Shown: piece by piece, positions 63,845-64,000 of the stretch
How positions within the stretch are numbered: the stretch's first letter is position 1
Layout: each line of letters starts with the position of its first letter
Translations under genes and position numbers: made by a program
The notes under the pieces: model-generated
The model's database searches: none
The model's input: only the letters and a program-made list of their open reading frames with translations
Told to the model about the DNA's origin: nothing
Assembly: GCF_006345805.1 (NCBI RefSeq)
Contig: NC_043003.1
Coordinates: 49,352,001 to 49,416,000, forward strand
Origin: Octopus sinensis
Taxonomy: Eukaryota
DNA length: 64,000 nt
Direction: 5' to 3'

Positions 63845-64000
63845 CTACTCTTTTACTTGTTTCAGTAATTTGACTGTGGACTTGCTGGAGCACCACCTTT
63901 AGTCGAGCAAATCGACCCGAGGACTTATTGTTAGGAAGCCTGGTACTTATTCTATCCGTCTCTTTTGCCGAACCGCTAGGTTACGGGGGCGTAAACACAC
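63845..64000 (-). mobile_element. CORE-type SINE 3' tail (continues beyond window)
   Basis: Same tail block as other copies. Confidence 0.8.

Overview
AT-rich, microsatellite-saturated eukaryotic non-coding DNA. The SINE families and repeat style suggest a cephalopod, most likely Octopus (inference from recalled repeat families, not a search). One 100-N assembly gap lies at 10210-10309. No host protein-coding gene can be supported, and nearly all listed ORFs are translations of (TA)n, (TATG)n, (CA)n, (CCA)n or (CTT)n tracts. Recognisable content: dozens of tRNA-derived SINE copies from at least four families; one full-length 1,289-bp mariner (30-bp perfect TIRs, TA TSD, DD34D transposase broken by a 4-bp duplication); RTE, CR1/L2-like and L1/Tx1-like LINE scraps; and several MITEs. 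The main unexplained signal is a set of type I hammerhead ribozyme motifs read by eye: 8 with essentially intact cores and pairable stems, plus about 8 decayed ones, from several unrelated sequence families. Most have palindromic stem III and sit in short non-coding elements whose ribozyme-sense 3' ends abut (TA)n tracts. At 44.6-46.4 kb five hammerheads from three families are stacked, two pairs of them in head-to-head inverted duplications, one pair in a 593-nt circularly permuted unit. This looks like a Penelope-like (PLE) or retrozyme system targeting (TA)n microsatellites.
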